Assembly (NCBI GenBank): GCA_003858585.1 | Contig: RQZE01000005.1 | Span: 106,883-138,882, forward strand | Reading direction: 5' to 3' | Length of the DNA: 32,000 nt | Source: Erysipelotrichaceae bacterium OH741_COT-311 | GTDB lineage: Bacteria; Bacillota_I; Bacilli_A; Erysipelotrichales; Erysipelotrichaceae | Shown: positions 8,268-18,862 of the stretch, one piece after another | Numbering within the stretch: position 1 is the stretch's first letter | Layout of the letters: each line of letters starts with the position of its first letter | The notes under the pieces: model-generated | Database searches by the model: none | The model's input: the letters and a program-made list of their open reading frames with translations, nothing else | Told to the model about the DNA's origin: nothing | Translations under genes and position numbers: made by a program

Positions 8268-10138
8268 TATACAACTTCCTTTCTCTTACGACCTCTTCTT
8301 TTAACTGGTTTTTCTTTTGCAAGGCGAAACACAATCCCTGCAAAAGGAGCTAAACGAATATTAATACTATAAGGTAAGTGATGACTACCATACTCATTTG
8401 TATATAACGGGAAGTAATTACACATATTGCATCCTTCATAAATATCTTTTTCCGTATTCATTATTTCAACATATTCCCCTTGATATGGAACCCCTAATGT
8501 AAAATGTTCATAACCTACAGGAAGCATATTCAATACTGTCACATATACGTGATCTTCATCCTCACGATAATAAGAATAAATACTTTGATCAACATTATCC
8601 GCATCAATCCATTGAAATCCTTGATAATCAAAATCATGTTCAAACATCGCTTTTGATGAAGTATATATAAAGGACATATCCTTAAAGAATCTTAAAAATG
8701 AGGCATGACGAGAATTGCCTAACAAAGACCAATCACAAGGACGATCTTCATCCCATTCACGGAACATCGCCAATTCATTACCCATGAAATTCAATTTCTT
8801 ACCAGGATGCGTTAACATATATACATATAAGGTTTTCGCTTGAGCAAACTTTTGATCATAATTTCCCCACATACGGTCAATAATCGTCTTCTTTCCATGT
8901 ACCACTTCATCATGAGAAAGTGGTAATAAGAAACGTTCCGAATAAAAGTAAGCCATAGAGAATGTTAAATCATGATGATGATGTTTTCTAAAGATAGGAT
9001 CTTTTTTAAAATACTTCAATGTATCATTCATCCAACCTAAATCCCATTTATAATCAAAACCTAAACCACCATCGATTGTAGAATGCGTTACTTTAGGAAA
9101 ATCGCTTGAATCTTCAGCTATCAACATAACGCCAGGAAACTTTGTACTAATATGGTAATTTAAACGACGAATGAATGCTAAAGCTCCTTCATTAACACCC
9201 TTATCACTATTACCACCCCAATAAATTAAATTTTTAACCGCATCCATACGAATACCGTCTACATGGAAATAATCACACCAAAAAGCCGTTGCACTCATTA
9301 AGAAGGAACGAACTTCTTCCTTCCATAAATCAAAGTTCATAGTACCCCATTCACTTTCGGCATCATGACTGTTTGGATATTCATAAAGAGGAGTACCATC
9401 AAAATAACGCAATCCGAAATCATCTTTTACATAATGAACAGGAACCATATCTAAAATCACACCAATGTTATGCTTATGACACTCATTGATCAACTTCATC
9501 AAATCTTTTGGTGTACCATAACGAGATGTTGCACTGAAATACCCATAAGCTTGATAACCCCAAGATCCATCAAATGGATGCTCAATAAGAGGCATAAGCT
9601 CAATATGTGTAAATCCATTATCCTTTACATAAGGAATTAATTCATCGATAAACTGAGTATAATTATACCAATAATGTCCATTTTTTCGCCAAGATCCTAA
9701 ATGAACTTCATAGATATTAACCGGCTTATCAAAGTTCTTTGTACGCTTTTTTAACCAACGGGCATCTGCCCATTTAAACCCATCTAATTTATATATAATA
9801 GAACCACTTGATGGACGTAATTCACTATAAAATGCATAAGGGTCACTTTTATCTTTTACTTGTCCATCAAAAGTATAAATACGATACTTATAACTATAGT
9901 TATCTGTAAGCCGAGGCACGAATAACGAATAAATCCCTCGATCAGAAACTTTCTCCATACGATGCTGATAACCATTCCAATCATTAAAGGAACCGATTAC
10001 TTCTATTGCACTTGCATTAGGTGCCCACACCGTAAAACGTACACCTGAAACATTTTCATGAACTATGTGTGCTCCAAAAATTTTATAAGCATCTGTACAA
10101 TGTCCATAGTGAAAACTATCTAATAATTCTTGATTCAT
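8267..10138 (-). CDS. glgB: 1,4-alpha-glucan branching enzyme
   Basis: 623 aa with GH13 motifs GFTHIELMPL, HNIGVILDMVPVH, DGIRMDAV and LIAEDSS. An N-terminal CBM48-like region is present. The TAATG overlap couples it to glgP. Confidence 0.95.
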   Translation of the reverse strand: MNQELLDSFHYGHCTDAYKIFGAHIVHENVSGVRFTVWAPNASAIEVIGSFNDWNGYQHRMEKVSDRGIYSLFVPRLTDNYSYKYRIYTFDGQVKDKSDPYAFYSELRPSSGSIIYKLDGFKWADARWLKKRTKNFDKPVNIYEVHLGSWRKNGHYWYNYTQFIDELIPYVKDNGFTHIELMPLIEHPFDGSWGYQAYGYFSATSRYGTPKDLMKLINECHKHNIGVILDMVPVHYVKDDFGLRYFDGTPLYEYPNSHDAESEWGTMNFDLWKEEVRSFLMSATAFWCDYFHVDGIRMDAVKNLIYWGGNSDKGVNEGALAFIRRLNYHISTKFPGVMLIAEDSSDFPKVTHSTIDGGLGFDYKWDLGWMNDTLKYFKKDPIFRKHHHHDLTFSMAYFYSERFLLPLSHDEVVHGKKTIIDRMWGNYDQKFAQAKTLYVYMLTHPGKKLNFMGNELAMFREWDEDRPCDWSLLGNSRHASFLRFFKDMSFIYTSSKAMFEHDFDYQGFQWIDADNVDQSIYSYYREDEDHVYVTVLNMLPVGYEHFTLGVPYQGEYVEIMNTEKDIYEGCNMCNYFPLYTNEYGSHHLPYSINIRLAPFAGIVFRLAKEKPVKRRGRKRKEVV

Positions 10139-10166
10139 TGCTTACCTCCGATTACCTATACATTAT

Positions 10167-10200
10167 ACAAAAAAAACACTTCAATGAGTAGAAGTGTTTT
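10167..10200 (-). terminator. Rho-independent terminator after rplQ (end of the alpha operon)
   Basis: 10-bp stem AAAACACTTC (10173-10182) / GAAGTGTTTT (10191-10200) with an 8-nt loop. On the minus strand it is followed by a run of T. It lies 14 nt after the rplQ stop. Confidence 0.8.
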
Positions 10201-10214
10201 TCATTTTGTATAAA

Positions 10215-10577
10215 TTAAACAAGTTCAATTGTCGCCATTGGTGCATTATCACCACGACGATTGCGAGTCTTCACTACTCTTGTATATCCACCATTACGGT
10301 CTTGATATTTAGGAGCTACTTCACTAAATAATTTTTGAAGTACAGTTTGACCTTTTTCTTCATCCGCAACTACATCTCTGATGTATGAAGCAGCTAAACG
10401 ACGAGCATGTAAATCACCACGTTTACCTAATGTTACTAAACCATCTACAACCGAACGTAACTCTTTCGCTTTCATTTCTGTTGTTTCAATTTTACCATGA
10501 AGGATAACATCGGTAGCCATGTTTCTTAACATTGCTTTACGGTGATCAGCAGTACGTCCTAACTTACGATTCCACAT
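10215..10577 (-). CDS. rplQ: 50S ribosomal protein L17
   Basis: 120 aa beginning [20 protein letters not shown]. It follows rpoA as in the canonical alpha operon. Confidence 0.97.
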   Translation of the reverse strand: MWNRKLGRTADHRKAMLRNMATDVILHGKIETTEMKAKELRSVVDGLVTLGKRGDLHARRLAASYIRDVVADEEKGQTVLQKLFSEVAPKYQDRNGGYTRVVKTRNRRGDNAPMATIELV

Positions 10578-10598
10578 AAATCAATCTCTCCTTACTTT

Positions 10599-11558
10599 CT
10601 ATTCAAATGATCTAAAACTTAAGCCAAGTTCATAGACTTTTTCTTTCACTTCTTTTAAAGACTTCTTACCTAGATTACGAACTCTCATCATTTCGTCTTC
10701 TGTTTTTTGTAATAATTCTTCTACGGTTTGAATTCCTGCACGCTTTAAGCAGTTATATGAACGAACTGACAAATCTAAATCCTCAATCATCATATTTGAT
10801 GACTTACTATTTACTTCACCAGAAGCATCTTTCATAAGTGAATCCATACCAGCTACTAATTGATCTACATTTGTTAAAATATCCAAATGGTCAATTAAAA
10901 TTTTTGAACCAAGAGCCAAAGACATTTGCGGTGTGATTGAACCATTAGTCCATATTTCAAATACTAAACGATCATACTTTGCATCTTGACCAACACGAGT
11001 TGGCTCTACATTATATGAAATACGTTCAATTGGTGTATAAATAGAGTCTGTGTAAACAGTTCCAATACCTTGAGATGAACCTTGGTATAGTGCTTTGTTT
11101 CCATCAGCACTGATATATCCACGACCATTTTTCGCTTTTAGCTCCATTTCAAGAACGCCACCTTTTTCAAGATGAGCAATTTCTAGATCTGTATTTAAAA
11201 TTTCAACACCTGTTGGACAAATAATATCCCCAGCTGTTACAGTCATAGGTCCTTTGCAAGAAATTCGTAAAGTATAAGTTTCATCATCATCAATTTTCAT
11301 TACAAGTTTCTTTAAATTAAGAATCATCATTGTAACATCTTCTTCAACACCTTTAATTGAAGTAAACTCATGATACACACCATCAACTTTAATCGAATAA
11401 ACTGCAGCCCCTGGTAAAGAGGATAAAAGTACACGACGCAATGCATTACCAATAGTTGTTCCAAAGCCTCTTTCAAGTGGTTCTAAAACAAATTTACCAT
11501 AGTTATCTGATTCAACATACTCTTTGATTTCAAATTTAGCACGTTCAAATTTTTGCAT
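10599..11558 (-). CDS. rpoA: DNA-directed RNA polymerase subunit alpha
   Basis: 319 aa with GFGTTIGNALRRVLLSSLPGAA in the N-terminal domain and LSVRSYNCLKRAGI in the C-terminal domain. Confidence 0.97.
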   Translation of the reverse strand: MQKFERAKFEIKEYVESDNYGKFVLEPLERGFGTTIGNALRRVLLSSLPGAAVYSIKVDGVYHEFTSIKGVEEDVTMMILNLKKLVMKIDDDETYTLRISCKGPMTVTAGDIICPTGVEILNTDLEIAHLEKGGVLEMELKAKNGRGYISADGNKALYQGSSQGIGTVYTDSIYTPIERISYNVEPTRVGQDAKYDRLVFEIWTNGSITPQMSLALGSKILIDHLDILTNVDQLVAGMDSLMKDASGEVNSKSSNMMIEDLDLSVRSYNCLKRAGIQTVEELLQKTEDEMMRVRNLGKKSLKEVKEKVYELGLSFRSFE

Positions 11559-11586
11559 ACGCTTATTTCCTCCTTAGTTATATTAA

Positions 11587-11979
11587 TTATCCACGAGGTC
11601 TCTTTGGTGGACGGCATCCATTATGTGGAATTGGTGTTACATCATTGATCACTGTGATTTCTAAACCAGCAGTTTGTAATGATCTAACAGCAGCTTCACG
11701 TCCAGGACCAGGTCCTTTTACATTAACTTCAACAGTTTTCATACCATGATCAACTGCAGCCTTTGCAGCAGCTTCACTACACATCTGTGCAGCATAAGGT
11801 GTAGATTTACGAGAACCCTTAAACCCTAATGCCCCTGCACTTGACCAAGCGATTGCATTACCAGCTTCATCAGTAATTGTCACGATAGTGTTATTAAATG
11901 TTGAATGAATGTGTGCAACGCCTTTGGCGATATTCTTTTTAACACGTTTTTTACGTGCACCAGCTTTTACATTTGCCAT
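11587..11979 (-). CDS. rpsK: 30S ribosomal protein S11
   Basis: 130 aa with [18 protein letters not shown] and [17 protein letters not shown]-like C-terminus. Confidence 0.97.
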   Translation of the reverse strand: MANVKAGARKKRVKKNIAKGVAHIHSTFNNTIVTITDEAGNAIAWSSAGALGFKGSRKSTPYAAQMCSEAAAKAAVDHGMKTVEVNVKGPGPGREAAVRSLQTAGLEITVINDVTPIPHNGCRPPKRPRG

Positions 11980-11998
11980 TTCTTATCTCCTCCTATCG

Positions 11999-12364
11999 TT
12001 ATTTCTTCTTATTAGCTACAGTACGACGAGGTCCTTTACGTGTACGAGCATTTGTTTTTGTACGTTGTCCACGTACTGGAAGTCCCTTACGATGTCTTAA
12101 ACCGCGATAGCATCCAATTTCCATTAAACGCTTAATGTTTAATTGCACTTCACGACGTAAGTCTCCTTCTAATTTGATTCCATCTAATTTTTGACGGATA
12201 GCGTTAATTTGATCATCAGTTAAATCTTTAACACGAATATCTTCACTAATGTTACATTCTGCTAAAACTTTTTTTGCAACTGATGGACCAACTCCATAGA
12301 TATAAGTTAATGATATTACAACACGTTTGTCACGTGGAATATCGACACCAGCAATACGAGCCAT
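11999..12364 (-). CDS. rpsM: 30S ribosomal protein S13
   Basis: 121 aa beginning [26 protein letters not shown]. Confidence 0.97.
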   Translation of the reverse strand: MARIAGVDIPRDKRVVISLTYIYGVGPSVAKKVLAECNISEDIRVKDLTDDQINAIRQKLDGIKLEGDLRREVQLNIKRLMEIGCYRGLRHRKGLPVRGQRTKTNARTRKGPRRTVANKKK

Positions 12365-12382
12365 TTTTCGTTTTCCTCCTAA

Positions 12383-12496
12383 TTAACCTTGACGTTGTTT
12401 GTGTTTAGGGTTTTCACAAATAACCATTACGCGGCCTTTGCGCTTAATGATACGGCACTTATCGCATATTGGTTTGACAGATGGTCTTACTTTCAT
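12383..12496 (-). CDS. rpmJ: 50S ribosomal protein L36 (Zn-ribbon C+ form)
   Basis: Too short for the ORF track. My minus-strand translation is [37 protein letters not shown] (37 aa). It occupies the canonical position between infA and rpsM. Confidence 0.93.
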   Translation of the reverse strand: MKVRPSVKPICDKCRIIKRKGRVMVICENPKHKQRQG

Positions 12497-12515
12497 GCGT
12501 TTTCCCTCCTAAGAC

Positions 12516-12734
12516 TTATTTATGTCTAAATGTTATACGCCCACGTGTTAAATCATAAGGTGAGATTTCCACAGTTACACGATCCCCTGGTAAAATGCGA
12601 ATGTAATGCATACGGATTTTACCAGAAACGTGAGCTAGAATTTCGTGACCGTTACTTAACTTCACCTTAAATTGTGCATTGGGAAGTGTATCCTCAATGA
12701 CACCATCAATTTCAATTACATCTTGTTTGCCCAT
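12516..12734 (-). CDS. infA: Translation initiation factor IF-1
   Basis: 72 aa containing [42 protein letters not shown]. Confidence 0.97.
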   Translation of the reverse strand: MGKQDVIEIDGVIEDTLPNAQFKVKLSNGHEILAHVSGKIRMHYIRILPGDRVTVEISPYDLTRGRITFRHK

Positions 12735-12746
12735 AGATTTTAAAAA

Positions 12747-13499
12747 CTAATCCTCCTTAGTTAAAATTTCATATCCATCTTCTGTAATATAGATAGTATG
12801 TTCGAAATGTACTGATAAACTTTTGTCTTTTGTTACTACTGACCAGCCATCAGCAAGAACTTTGGTAAAAGGTTTGCCTTTGATTACCATGGGTTCGATC
12901 GCAACCGTCATGCCTTTTTTTAAAGTCATACCTGTATTGCAATACCCAAAATTAGGGATAGCCGGTTCTTCATGTAGAGAACGACCAATACCATGACCAG
13001 TATACTCCAGTGGAACGCTATATCCGGCGTTTCTTACATAGTTTCCTATCGCACTGGAAATATCACCTACACGTACACCGTCTTTTACTTGTTTTAAACC
13101 TTCATATAAAGCAAGCTCACCAATCTTCAATAGCTCCTGTGCTTCTTGGCTAACATTACCAACTTTATAGCTCCAAGCACTATCTCCGTGATAACCTTTA
13201 AAACAAGCCCCAATATCAATTGAAATGATATCTCCATCGTTTAAGATTACATCATCACTAGGTACTCCATGGACCACACAATCATTAACCGATGTACAAA
13301 TAGATGCCTTAAATCCTCCATAACCTAAAAAAGACGGAGTCGCACCCATAGAAATTATAAACTTTTTTGCTATAAAATCCAAGTGTTTTGTTGAAATACC
13401 TGGACGAATTTCACTTTTTAAGCGCTTGTGTGTCAAAGCGACAATTCGTCCAGCTTCTTTCATATAACTTACTTCTTCTAAATTCTTAATTGAAACCAT
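12747..13499 (-). CDS. map: Type I methionine aminopeptidase
   Basis: 250 aa with metal ligand motifs DIGACFKGYHGDS, GHGIG and FEHT. It occupies the position after adk in the spc operon. Confidence 0.95.
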   Translation of the reverse strand: MVSIKNLEEVSYMKEAGRIVALTHKRLKSEIRPGISTKHLDFIAKKFIISMGATPSFLGYGGFKASICTSVNDCVVHGVPSDDVILNDGDIISIDIGACFKGYHGDSAWSYKVGNVSQEAQELLKIGELALYEGLKQVKDGVRVGDISSAIGNYVRNAGYSVPLEYTGHGIGRSLHEEPAIPNFGYCNTGMTLKKGMTVAIEPMVIKGKPFTKVLADGWSVVTKDKSLSVHFEHTIYITEDGYEILTKED

Positions 13500-14146
13500 T
13501 AAATTTGTTTGATTGCTCTTTCAATATCTTTAAAGATTTCATCTACAGGTTTCCCTGCTTGAATATCAACAACTAAACCTTGTTTACGATAATACTCTAA
13601 AACAGGCTCTGTATTCTTTTTGTGCTCCTGTAAGCGAATTTCAAGTTGCTCTACCGTATCATCACTACGTTGTACTAAGTTGTTGCCACACATATCACAT
13701 ACACCTTCCACCTTGCTAGGCTTATTCTTAATATGATAGATAGAACCACAATTTTTACATAAACGACGACCTGTAATACGATCAGCCAACACTTCAAAAT
13801 CCACTACTAAATTAATTACACAATCAATGTTCTTATTGTTTGTGTGTAAGATTTCATCAAACGCTTCGGCTTGAACCAACGTTCTTGGAAACCCATCCAT
13901 TAGGAAACCAACCTTGGTATCATCTTGCTTAATGCGTTCATCAACCATGGAATTAATCAATGTATCCGGAACAAGCTTTCCGGCATTCATGTAGTTTAAT
14001 GCTTCAAGACCAAGAGAAGTTTGCTTTTTCACCGCTTCACGAAGCATATCACCAGTAGAAATATGTGCAAGTTGATACTTTTGTTTGATTTTTTCAGACA
14101 TTGTCCCTTTGCCACTTCCAGCTGGACCCATAATTAATAAATTCAT
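13499..14146 (-). CDS. adk: Adenylate kinase (Zn-binding lid, CxxC...CxxC)
   Basis: MNLLIMGPAGSGKGT P-loop and a lid with CKNCGSIYH...CDMCG. I prefer the ATG at 14146, with GAGGTG 6 nt upstream, over the GTG at 14155 used by the ORF track, which lies inside that SD. Confidence 0.93.
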   Translation of the reverse strand: MNLLIMGPAGSGKGTMSEKIKQKYQLAHISTGDMLREAVKKQTSLGLEALNYMNAGKLVPDTLINSMVDERIKQDDTKVGFLMDGFPRTLVQAEAFDEILHTNNKNIDCVINLVVDFEVLADRITGRRLCKNCGSIYHIKNKPSKVEGVCDMCGNNLVQRSDDTVEQLEIRLQEHKKNTEPVLEYYRKQGLVVDIQAGKPVDEIFKDIERAIKQI

Positions 14147-14157
14147 CGTATACACCT

Positions 14158-15447
14158 CTATTTATTTAAGAAACCACGATATTGTTTTTGAGTCATTTGA
14201 CCCTTCAATTGACTCATTGTTTCCATTGCAACCCCAACAACGATAATAATACCAGTTCCACCTACAGCAGTTGATGCACTAAGTGAAGTAAACATTGGTA
14301 GTAAATGCGGAATTAATGCAACAACCAGTAAGAATATAGCCCCCAAAACCGTAATACGATTTAAGACTTTTGTAACATATTCTTTTGTTTCATTTCCCGG
14401 ACGAATACCCGGAATATACGTTCCAGATTTTCCTAAGTTTTCCGCAATTTTTGCTGGATCAACTTGCAAGTTTGTATAGAAGAATGTAAATAAAACAATT
14501 AATACTCCATAAATTGTTAAACCTACAGGCTTTTGTAAACTTAAAAAACTAGCAACTGCTTGATACTTTGCAGTATCAATAAAGCTTAACACAATCTGTG
14601 GTGCTGTCATAATTGCAGAAGCAAAGATAACAGGAATAACAGATGCAGAGTTAATCTTCAACGGTAAGAACGTAATATCATTTTTACCCTTTTGAAGAGA
14701 ACTCGATGTATATTGAATTGGAATCTTACGAACAGCAAGTTGCATAAAGATAACCAACACAATAATTAATAAATACATTAGGATATATGCTCCAAATGTA
14801 AAAATACCATTCATCATAGCACTACGACTAGATGTATCTACTAAAATACTAAATACTTGGATGAAGGTAAATGGAATTGAAGAAACAATCCCTGCAAAGA
14901 TAATAATCGAAACACCATTACCAATACCTTTTGTACTGATTTGATCTCCAATCCACAGTAAGAACATGGTTCCCGCTGTAAAGACAATCGAAACATAGAA
15001 ATACGTAGCTAAACTGCTATTCACTAAAATTGGAGTCGATTGATGATTGAACGCATAAATCATTGTATATGCTTGAACAAAAGATAATACTACGGCTAAA
15101 TAGCGTGTAATACGATCTAACTGTTGACGTCCTTGTTGACCAGATTTTGCCATTTCTGTTAATGATGGAATAACATCCATACTCAATAACTGAATAACAA
15201 TACTAGCTGTAATATAAGGACCAACTCCCATTGCAAATATTGATAACTGCTGCAAAGAACCACCACCAAGTAAATTCATCATACTTAGTACAGAATTATT
15301 TTCAATGCTTTCACGAATGGAAGAAGCATCAATACCCGGAACCGGAATCGCAGCCCCTAATCTAAAAATAAACAACATAGCAAGGGTAAATAAAATTTTA
15401 CCCCTGATTTCTTTATTCTTAAATAGGCCTGTAAACGTTTTGATCAT
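14158..15447 (-). CDS. secY: Preprotein translocase subunit SecY
   Basis: 429 aa with 10 TM segments. Motifs include FALGIxPYITASIxxQLL-like (FAMGVGPYITASIVIQLL) and GTYIPGIRPG. Confidence 0.97.
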   Translation of the reverse strand: MIKTFTGLFKNKEIRGKILFTLAMLFIFRLGAAIPVPGIDASSIRESIENNSVLSMMNLLGGGSLQQLSIFAMGVGPYITASIVIQLLSMDVIPSLTEMAKSGQQGRQQLDRITRYLAVVLSFVQAYTMIYAFNHQSTPILVNSSLATYFYVSIVFTAGTMFLLWIGDQISTKGIGNGVSIIIFAGIVSSIPFTFIQVFSILVDTSSRSAMMNGIFTFGAYILMYLLIIVLVIFMQLAVRKIPIQYTSSSLQKGKNDITFLPLKINSASVIPVIFASAIMTAPQIVLSFIDTAKYQAVASFLSLQKPVGLTIYGVLIVLFTFFYTNLQVDPAKIAENLGKSGTYIPGIRPGNETKEYVTKVLNRITVLGAIFLLVVALIPHLLPMFTSLSASTAVGGTGIIIVVGVAMETMSQLKGQMTQKQYRGFLNK

Positions 15448-15448
15448 A

Positions 15449-15889
15449 CTAGATCACCTCAACGTTTCCGCCTGCTTTTTCGATTGACTCTTGTGCTGTC
15501 TTAGAACATTTATGAACTTTAACAGTTAATTTCTTTTCTACTACACCATTACCTAAAACTTTAACACCATTTAATAATTTCTTTACTAAACCGGCATTCA
15601 TTAAAGCTTCAACCGTAACAACTGCTCCATCTTCAAATTTATTTAAAGATTCCACATTAACAATTGCGTATTCTTTACGAGTAAAATTTGTAAAACCTCT
15701 CTTTGGTATACGTTTGAAAATTGGTGTTTGTCCACCTTCAAACCCGATTGCTACACCGCCACCAGATCTTGCATTTTGACCTTTATGCCCTTTACCGGCA
15801 GTTTTACCAGTACCTGACCCTTGGCCACGACCTAAACGTTTTCTTTCGCGGCGAGCACCTTCGTTATATTGTAACTCATGTAATTTCAT
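15449..15889 (-). CDS. rplO: 50S ribosomal protein L15
   Basis: 146 aa beginning [38 protein letters not shown]. Confidence 0.97.
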   Translation of the reverse strand: MKLHELQYNEGARRERKRLGRGQGSGTGKTAGKGHKGQNARSGGGVAIGFEGGQTPIFKRIPKRGFTNFTRKEYAIVNVESLNKFEDGAVVTVEALMNAGLVKKLLNGVKVLGNGVVEKKLTVKVHKCSKTAQESIEKAGGNVEVI

Positions 15890-15901
15890 ATCAGTACTCT
15901 C

Positions 15902-16414
15902 CTATCGAATTTCTTGCGGTTTCTTTTCACGCAATTTTGCAACTCCGTTAACTGTCTTTAATTCACTTAAAGCTTTAACAGTCGCATGAACCATATTTAT
16001 TGGTGTACGAGAACCGATACATTTAGATAGAACATCACTTACTCCAGCAAGTTCAAGCACGGCACGTACAGCACCACCAGCGATAACTCCGGTACCTTCT
16101 GCAGCAGGTTTTAAGAATACTTCACCAGCTCCATAAACACCAGTAATATCATGTGGTATTGTTTTACCACCATTTACTAATGGTACACGAATAACATTTT
16201 TCTTAGCAGCTTCGATGGCTTTTTTAATTGCATCAGGTACTTCATTCGCTTTACCTAAGCCATAGCCAACACGACCCTTTTTATCACCAACTACTACTAA
16301 AGCGGAGAAACGCATACGGCGTCCACCCTTAACAGTCTTACTAACACGGTTAATAACAACGACGCGTTCTTCAAATTCTTTTTCGCGTTCAACTCTTCTT
16401 GGTTTACGTTCCAT
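15902..16414 (-). CDS. rpsE: 30S ribosomal protein S5
   Basis: 170 aa containing [28 protein letters not shown]. Confidence 0.97.
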   Translation of the reverse strand: MERKPRRVEREKEFEERVVVINRVSKTVKGGRRMRFSALVVVGDKKGRVGYGLGKANEVPDAIKKAIEAAKKNVIRVPLVNGGKTIPHDITGVYGAGEVFLKPAAEGTGVIAGGAVRAVLELAGVSDVLSKCIGSRTPINMVHATVKALSELKTVNGVAKLREKKPQEIR

Positions 16415-16423
16415 AGTGCCCTC

Positions 16424-16780
16424 CTAAAATTTCAATCCAGCTTCTCTTGCAGCATCTGCTAAAGCTTGGATACGACCATGGTATACATAACCTCCACGAT
16501 CAAATACTACATTATCGATATTAGCAGCTAGTGCTAATTCAGCAACTTTTTTACCTACTACTTTTGCGGCCTCAATATTACCACCATTTTCAAGTTTTAA
16601 TGCAACAGAGCTGCAAGAAACTAATGTTTTCCCATTTACATCATCAATAACTTGTACATGGATATGACTATTTGAACGGAAAACATTTAAACGTGGGCAT
16701 TCAGGAGTACCAGTAACTTTTCTTCTAACACGTGCATGACGACGAAGTCTTTCAGAATTCTTAGAAACTTTCTTAAACAT
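16424..16780 (-). CDS. rplR: 50S ribosomal protein L18
   Basis: 118 aa with [12 protein letters not shown]...[19 protein letters not shown] and the [27 protein letters not shown]-terminus. Confidence 0.97.
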   Translation of the reverse strand: MFKKVSKNSERLRRHARVRRKVTGTPECPRLNVFRSNSHIHVQVIDDVNGKTLVSCSSVALKLENGGNIEAAKVVGKKVAELALAANIDNVVFDRGGYVYHGRIQALADAAREAGLKF

Positions 16781-16798
16781 TTTTTATACCCCTTTCCA

Positions 16799-17344
16799 CT
16801 ATTTCTTACCAGCCGTTTTACCTTCTTTACGGCGGATTTTTTCACCTTTGTAACGAATACCTTTACCTTTATATGGTTCTGGTTTTCTTGTAGCACGAAT
16901 ATTAGCAGCTAATTCACCAACACGTTGTTTGTCAATACCGCTAACGCGAACTTCTGTTGCAGAAGGCACTTCAATTTTTACACCCTCTTCAGCAACAAAC
17001 TCAACTGGGTGTGAATACCCAACATTTAACACTAATTTATTACCACTTAACGCAGCTTTAAATCCAATCCCTACGATTTCAAGAACTTTTGTAAATCCAG
17101 TATGAACACCTTCGATCATATTGTTTAATAAAGCGCGTGTAGTACCATGAAGCTGTTTCGTATGTTTTTCTTCGTTTGCACGAGTACATGTAACTACTCC
17201 ATCTTCAACTTTAATCCCAATTAAAGGACTAAACTGACGAGTTAAAGTTCCTTTAGGTCCTTTAACTGTCACCTCATTACTGCCAGTAATTGTAATTTCA
17301 ACACCAGCAGGAACGGTAATCGTTTTATTCCCGATACGTGACAT
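16799..17344 (-). CDS. rplF: 50S ribosomal protein L6
   Basis: 181 aa beginning [19 protein letters not shown], with [11 protein letters not shown] near the C-terminus. Confidence 0.97.
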   Translation of the reverse strand: MSRIGNKTITVPAGVEITITGSNEVTVKGPKGTLTRQFSPLIGIKVEDGVVTCTRANEEKHTKQLHGTTRALLNNMIEGVHTGFTKVLEIVGIGFKAALSGNKLVLNVGYSHPVEFVAEEGVKIEVPSATEVRVSGIDKQRVGELAANIRATRKPEPYKGKGIRYKGEKIRRKEGKTAGKK

Positions 17345-17366
17345 TATATTTTTCCTTTCAGTTTAA

Positions 17367-17771
17367 TTACCATACGTAAGCGACAACTTCGCCACCGGCA
17401 TGATTTTTTCTTGCATTTTTATCAGTCATTAGTCCAGAAGAAGTTGAAATAATCGCAACTCCTAAACCATTAAGTACTCGAGGTACTGAACCAGCCTTCG
17501 CATAAACGCGTAACCCTGGTTTTGAAATTCTCTTAATACCACTAATAACACGTTCATTGTTTGCTCCATATTTTAATGTAACAACAATTTTCTTGTCACT
17601 AGCTGTTTCACCTACAACGTTATAATTTAAGATGAAGCCTTCATCCTTAAGGATTTTAGCAATTTCAATCTTCATTTTACTTGCAGGGATTTCCACAGAT
17701 TCGTGATGTGCACTAACCGCATTACGAATTCTTGTAAGCATATCCGCGATTGGATCTGTCATATTCATCAT
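17367..17771 (-). CDS. rpsH: 30S ribosomal protein S8
   Basis: 134 aa with [14 protein letters not shown] and the [10 protein letters not shown]-terminus. AGGAGG lies 8 nt upstream of the first ATG. Confidence 0.97.
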   Translation of the reverse strand: MMNMTDPIADMLTRIRNAVSAHHESVEIPASKMKIEIAKILKDEGFILNYNVVGETASDKKIVVTLKYGANNERVISGIKRISKPGLRVYAKAGSVPRVLNGLGVAIISTSSGLMTDKNARKNHAGGEVVAYVW

Positions 17772-17788
17772 ATTTGCTTCCTCCTTAA

Positions 17789-17974
17789 TTACCAGCTAGC
17801 CTTCTTAACTCCAGGAATTTGACCTTTATAAGCCAATTCTCTAAAGCAAATACGGCAAATTTTATATTTACGTAAAACAGAATGTGGACGTCCACAACGC
17901 TCACATCTTGTATATTCACGAGATGAGAATTTTGCAGGACGTGAAGATTTTACTACCATTGATTTCTTAGCCAT
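17789..17974 (-). CDS. rpsN: 30S ribosomal protein S14 type Z (zinc-binding, 61 aa)
   Basis: 61 aa with [20 protein letters not shown], the short C+ form. Confidence 0.96.
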   Translation of the reverse strand: MAKKSMVVKSSRPAKFSSREYTRCERCGRPHSVLRKYKICRICFRELAYKGQIPGVKKASW

Positions 17975-17988
17975 CTAAATTCTCCTCC

Positions 17989-18528
17989 CTACTTCGCAAA
18001 AGGCATTCCAAGTTCACTTAACAATGCCTTAGCTTCATCATTAGTATTAGCTGTAGTAACAATAACAATATCCATACCTCTTACTTTATTCACTTTATCA
18101 AAGTTAATTTCAGGGAAGATAATTTGTTCCTTAATACCTAATGTATAGTTACCACGACCATCAAATGCCGTTTCACTTACACCTCTAAAATCTCTTACAC
18201 GCGGTAATGATACATTGATTAATTTATCTAAAAATTCATACATTCTTTCACCACGTAAAGTAACCTTACATCCAATTGGCATACCTTCTCTTAGTTTGAA
18301 GTTTGCAATTGATTTTTTCGCTTTTGTAATCACCGGTTTTTGACCAACGATTTGTGTTAATTCCGCAACTGCTTCGTCTAACAATTTTGGATTACTAATC
18401 GCATCTCCAACTCCAATATTTACAACTACTTTTTCAACCTTTGGCACTTGCATAATTGAAGTGTAACCAAATTTATTTTTTAGATTGTTTTTTGCTTCTT
18501 CATTGTATTTCTTTAAAAGGCGGTTCAT
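17989..18528 (-). CDS. rplE: 50S ribosomal protein L5
   Basis: 179 aa with NIMQVPKxEKVVVNxGVG-like ([18 protein letters not shown]) and [20 protein letters not shown]. Confidence 0.97.
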   Translation of the reverse strand: MNRLLKKYNEEAKNNLKNKFGYTSIMQVPKVEKVVVNIGVGDAISNPKLLDEAVAELTQIVGQKPVITKAKKSIANFKLREGMPIGCKVTLRGERMYEFLDKLINVSLPRVRDFRGVSETAFDGRGNYTLGIKEQIIFPEINFDKVNKVRGMDIVIVTTANTNDEAKALLSELGMPFAK

Positions 18529-18848
18529 TATTTTTTACCTCCTTTAATAACATTTCCTGTCTTTTTATAGACACGTACTTTCTTACCTTTTTCTTCAGTG
18601 TAGCCTACTCTTGAAGCCTTTTTAGCCTTTGAGTCATACGCCATTACATTAGAAACATGAATAGGAGCTTCTTTTTCAACAATACCGCCATCTGGATTAG
18701 CTTGTGTTGGTTTAAGTGCTTTTTTCACTAAATTAACTCCAGCTACAAGAACCTTTTCTTCCTTAGGGAATACTTTGATTACTTCTGCAATCGTTCCTTT
18801 GTAATGTCCAGTAATGACTTTAACTTTATCACCTGTTTTAATTTTCAT
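18528..18848 (-). CDS. rplX: 50S ribosomal protein L24
   Basis: 106 aa beginning [18 protein letters not shown], with a KOW motif. Confidence 0.97.
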   Translation of the reverse strand: MKIKTGDKVKVITGHYKGTIAEVIKVFPKEEKVLVAGVNLVKKALKPTQANPDGGIVEKEAPIHVSNVMAYDSKAKKASRVGYTEEKGKKVRVYKKTGNVIKGGKK

Positions 18849-18862
18849 CTAAAGTCATCCTC

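Noticed and set aside
10162-10167. TATAAT hexamer upstream of glgB as a called promoter
   Set aside because: No acceptable -35 exists at 16-18 nt, because that position is inside the rplQ terminator stem, and there is no correctly spaced TGn. It is mentioned in a finding but not annotated as a feature.
14147-14155. GTG-initiated MYT extension of adenylate kinase
   Set aside because: The GTG is part of the GAGGTG Shine-Dalgarno sequence for the ATG at 14146. Adk normally begins right at MNLxLMGxPGxGKGT.
16687-16896. 69-aa minus-strand ORF spanning the rplF/rplR junction
   Set aside because: It is out of frame with, and overlaps, both L6 and L18, which are unambiguous. Its product is a lysine-rich translation artefact.
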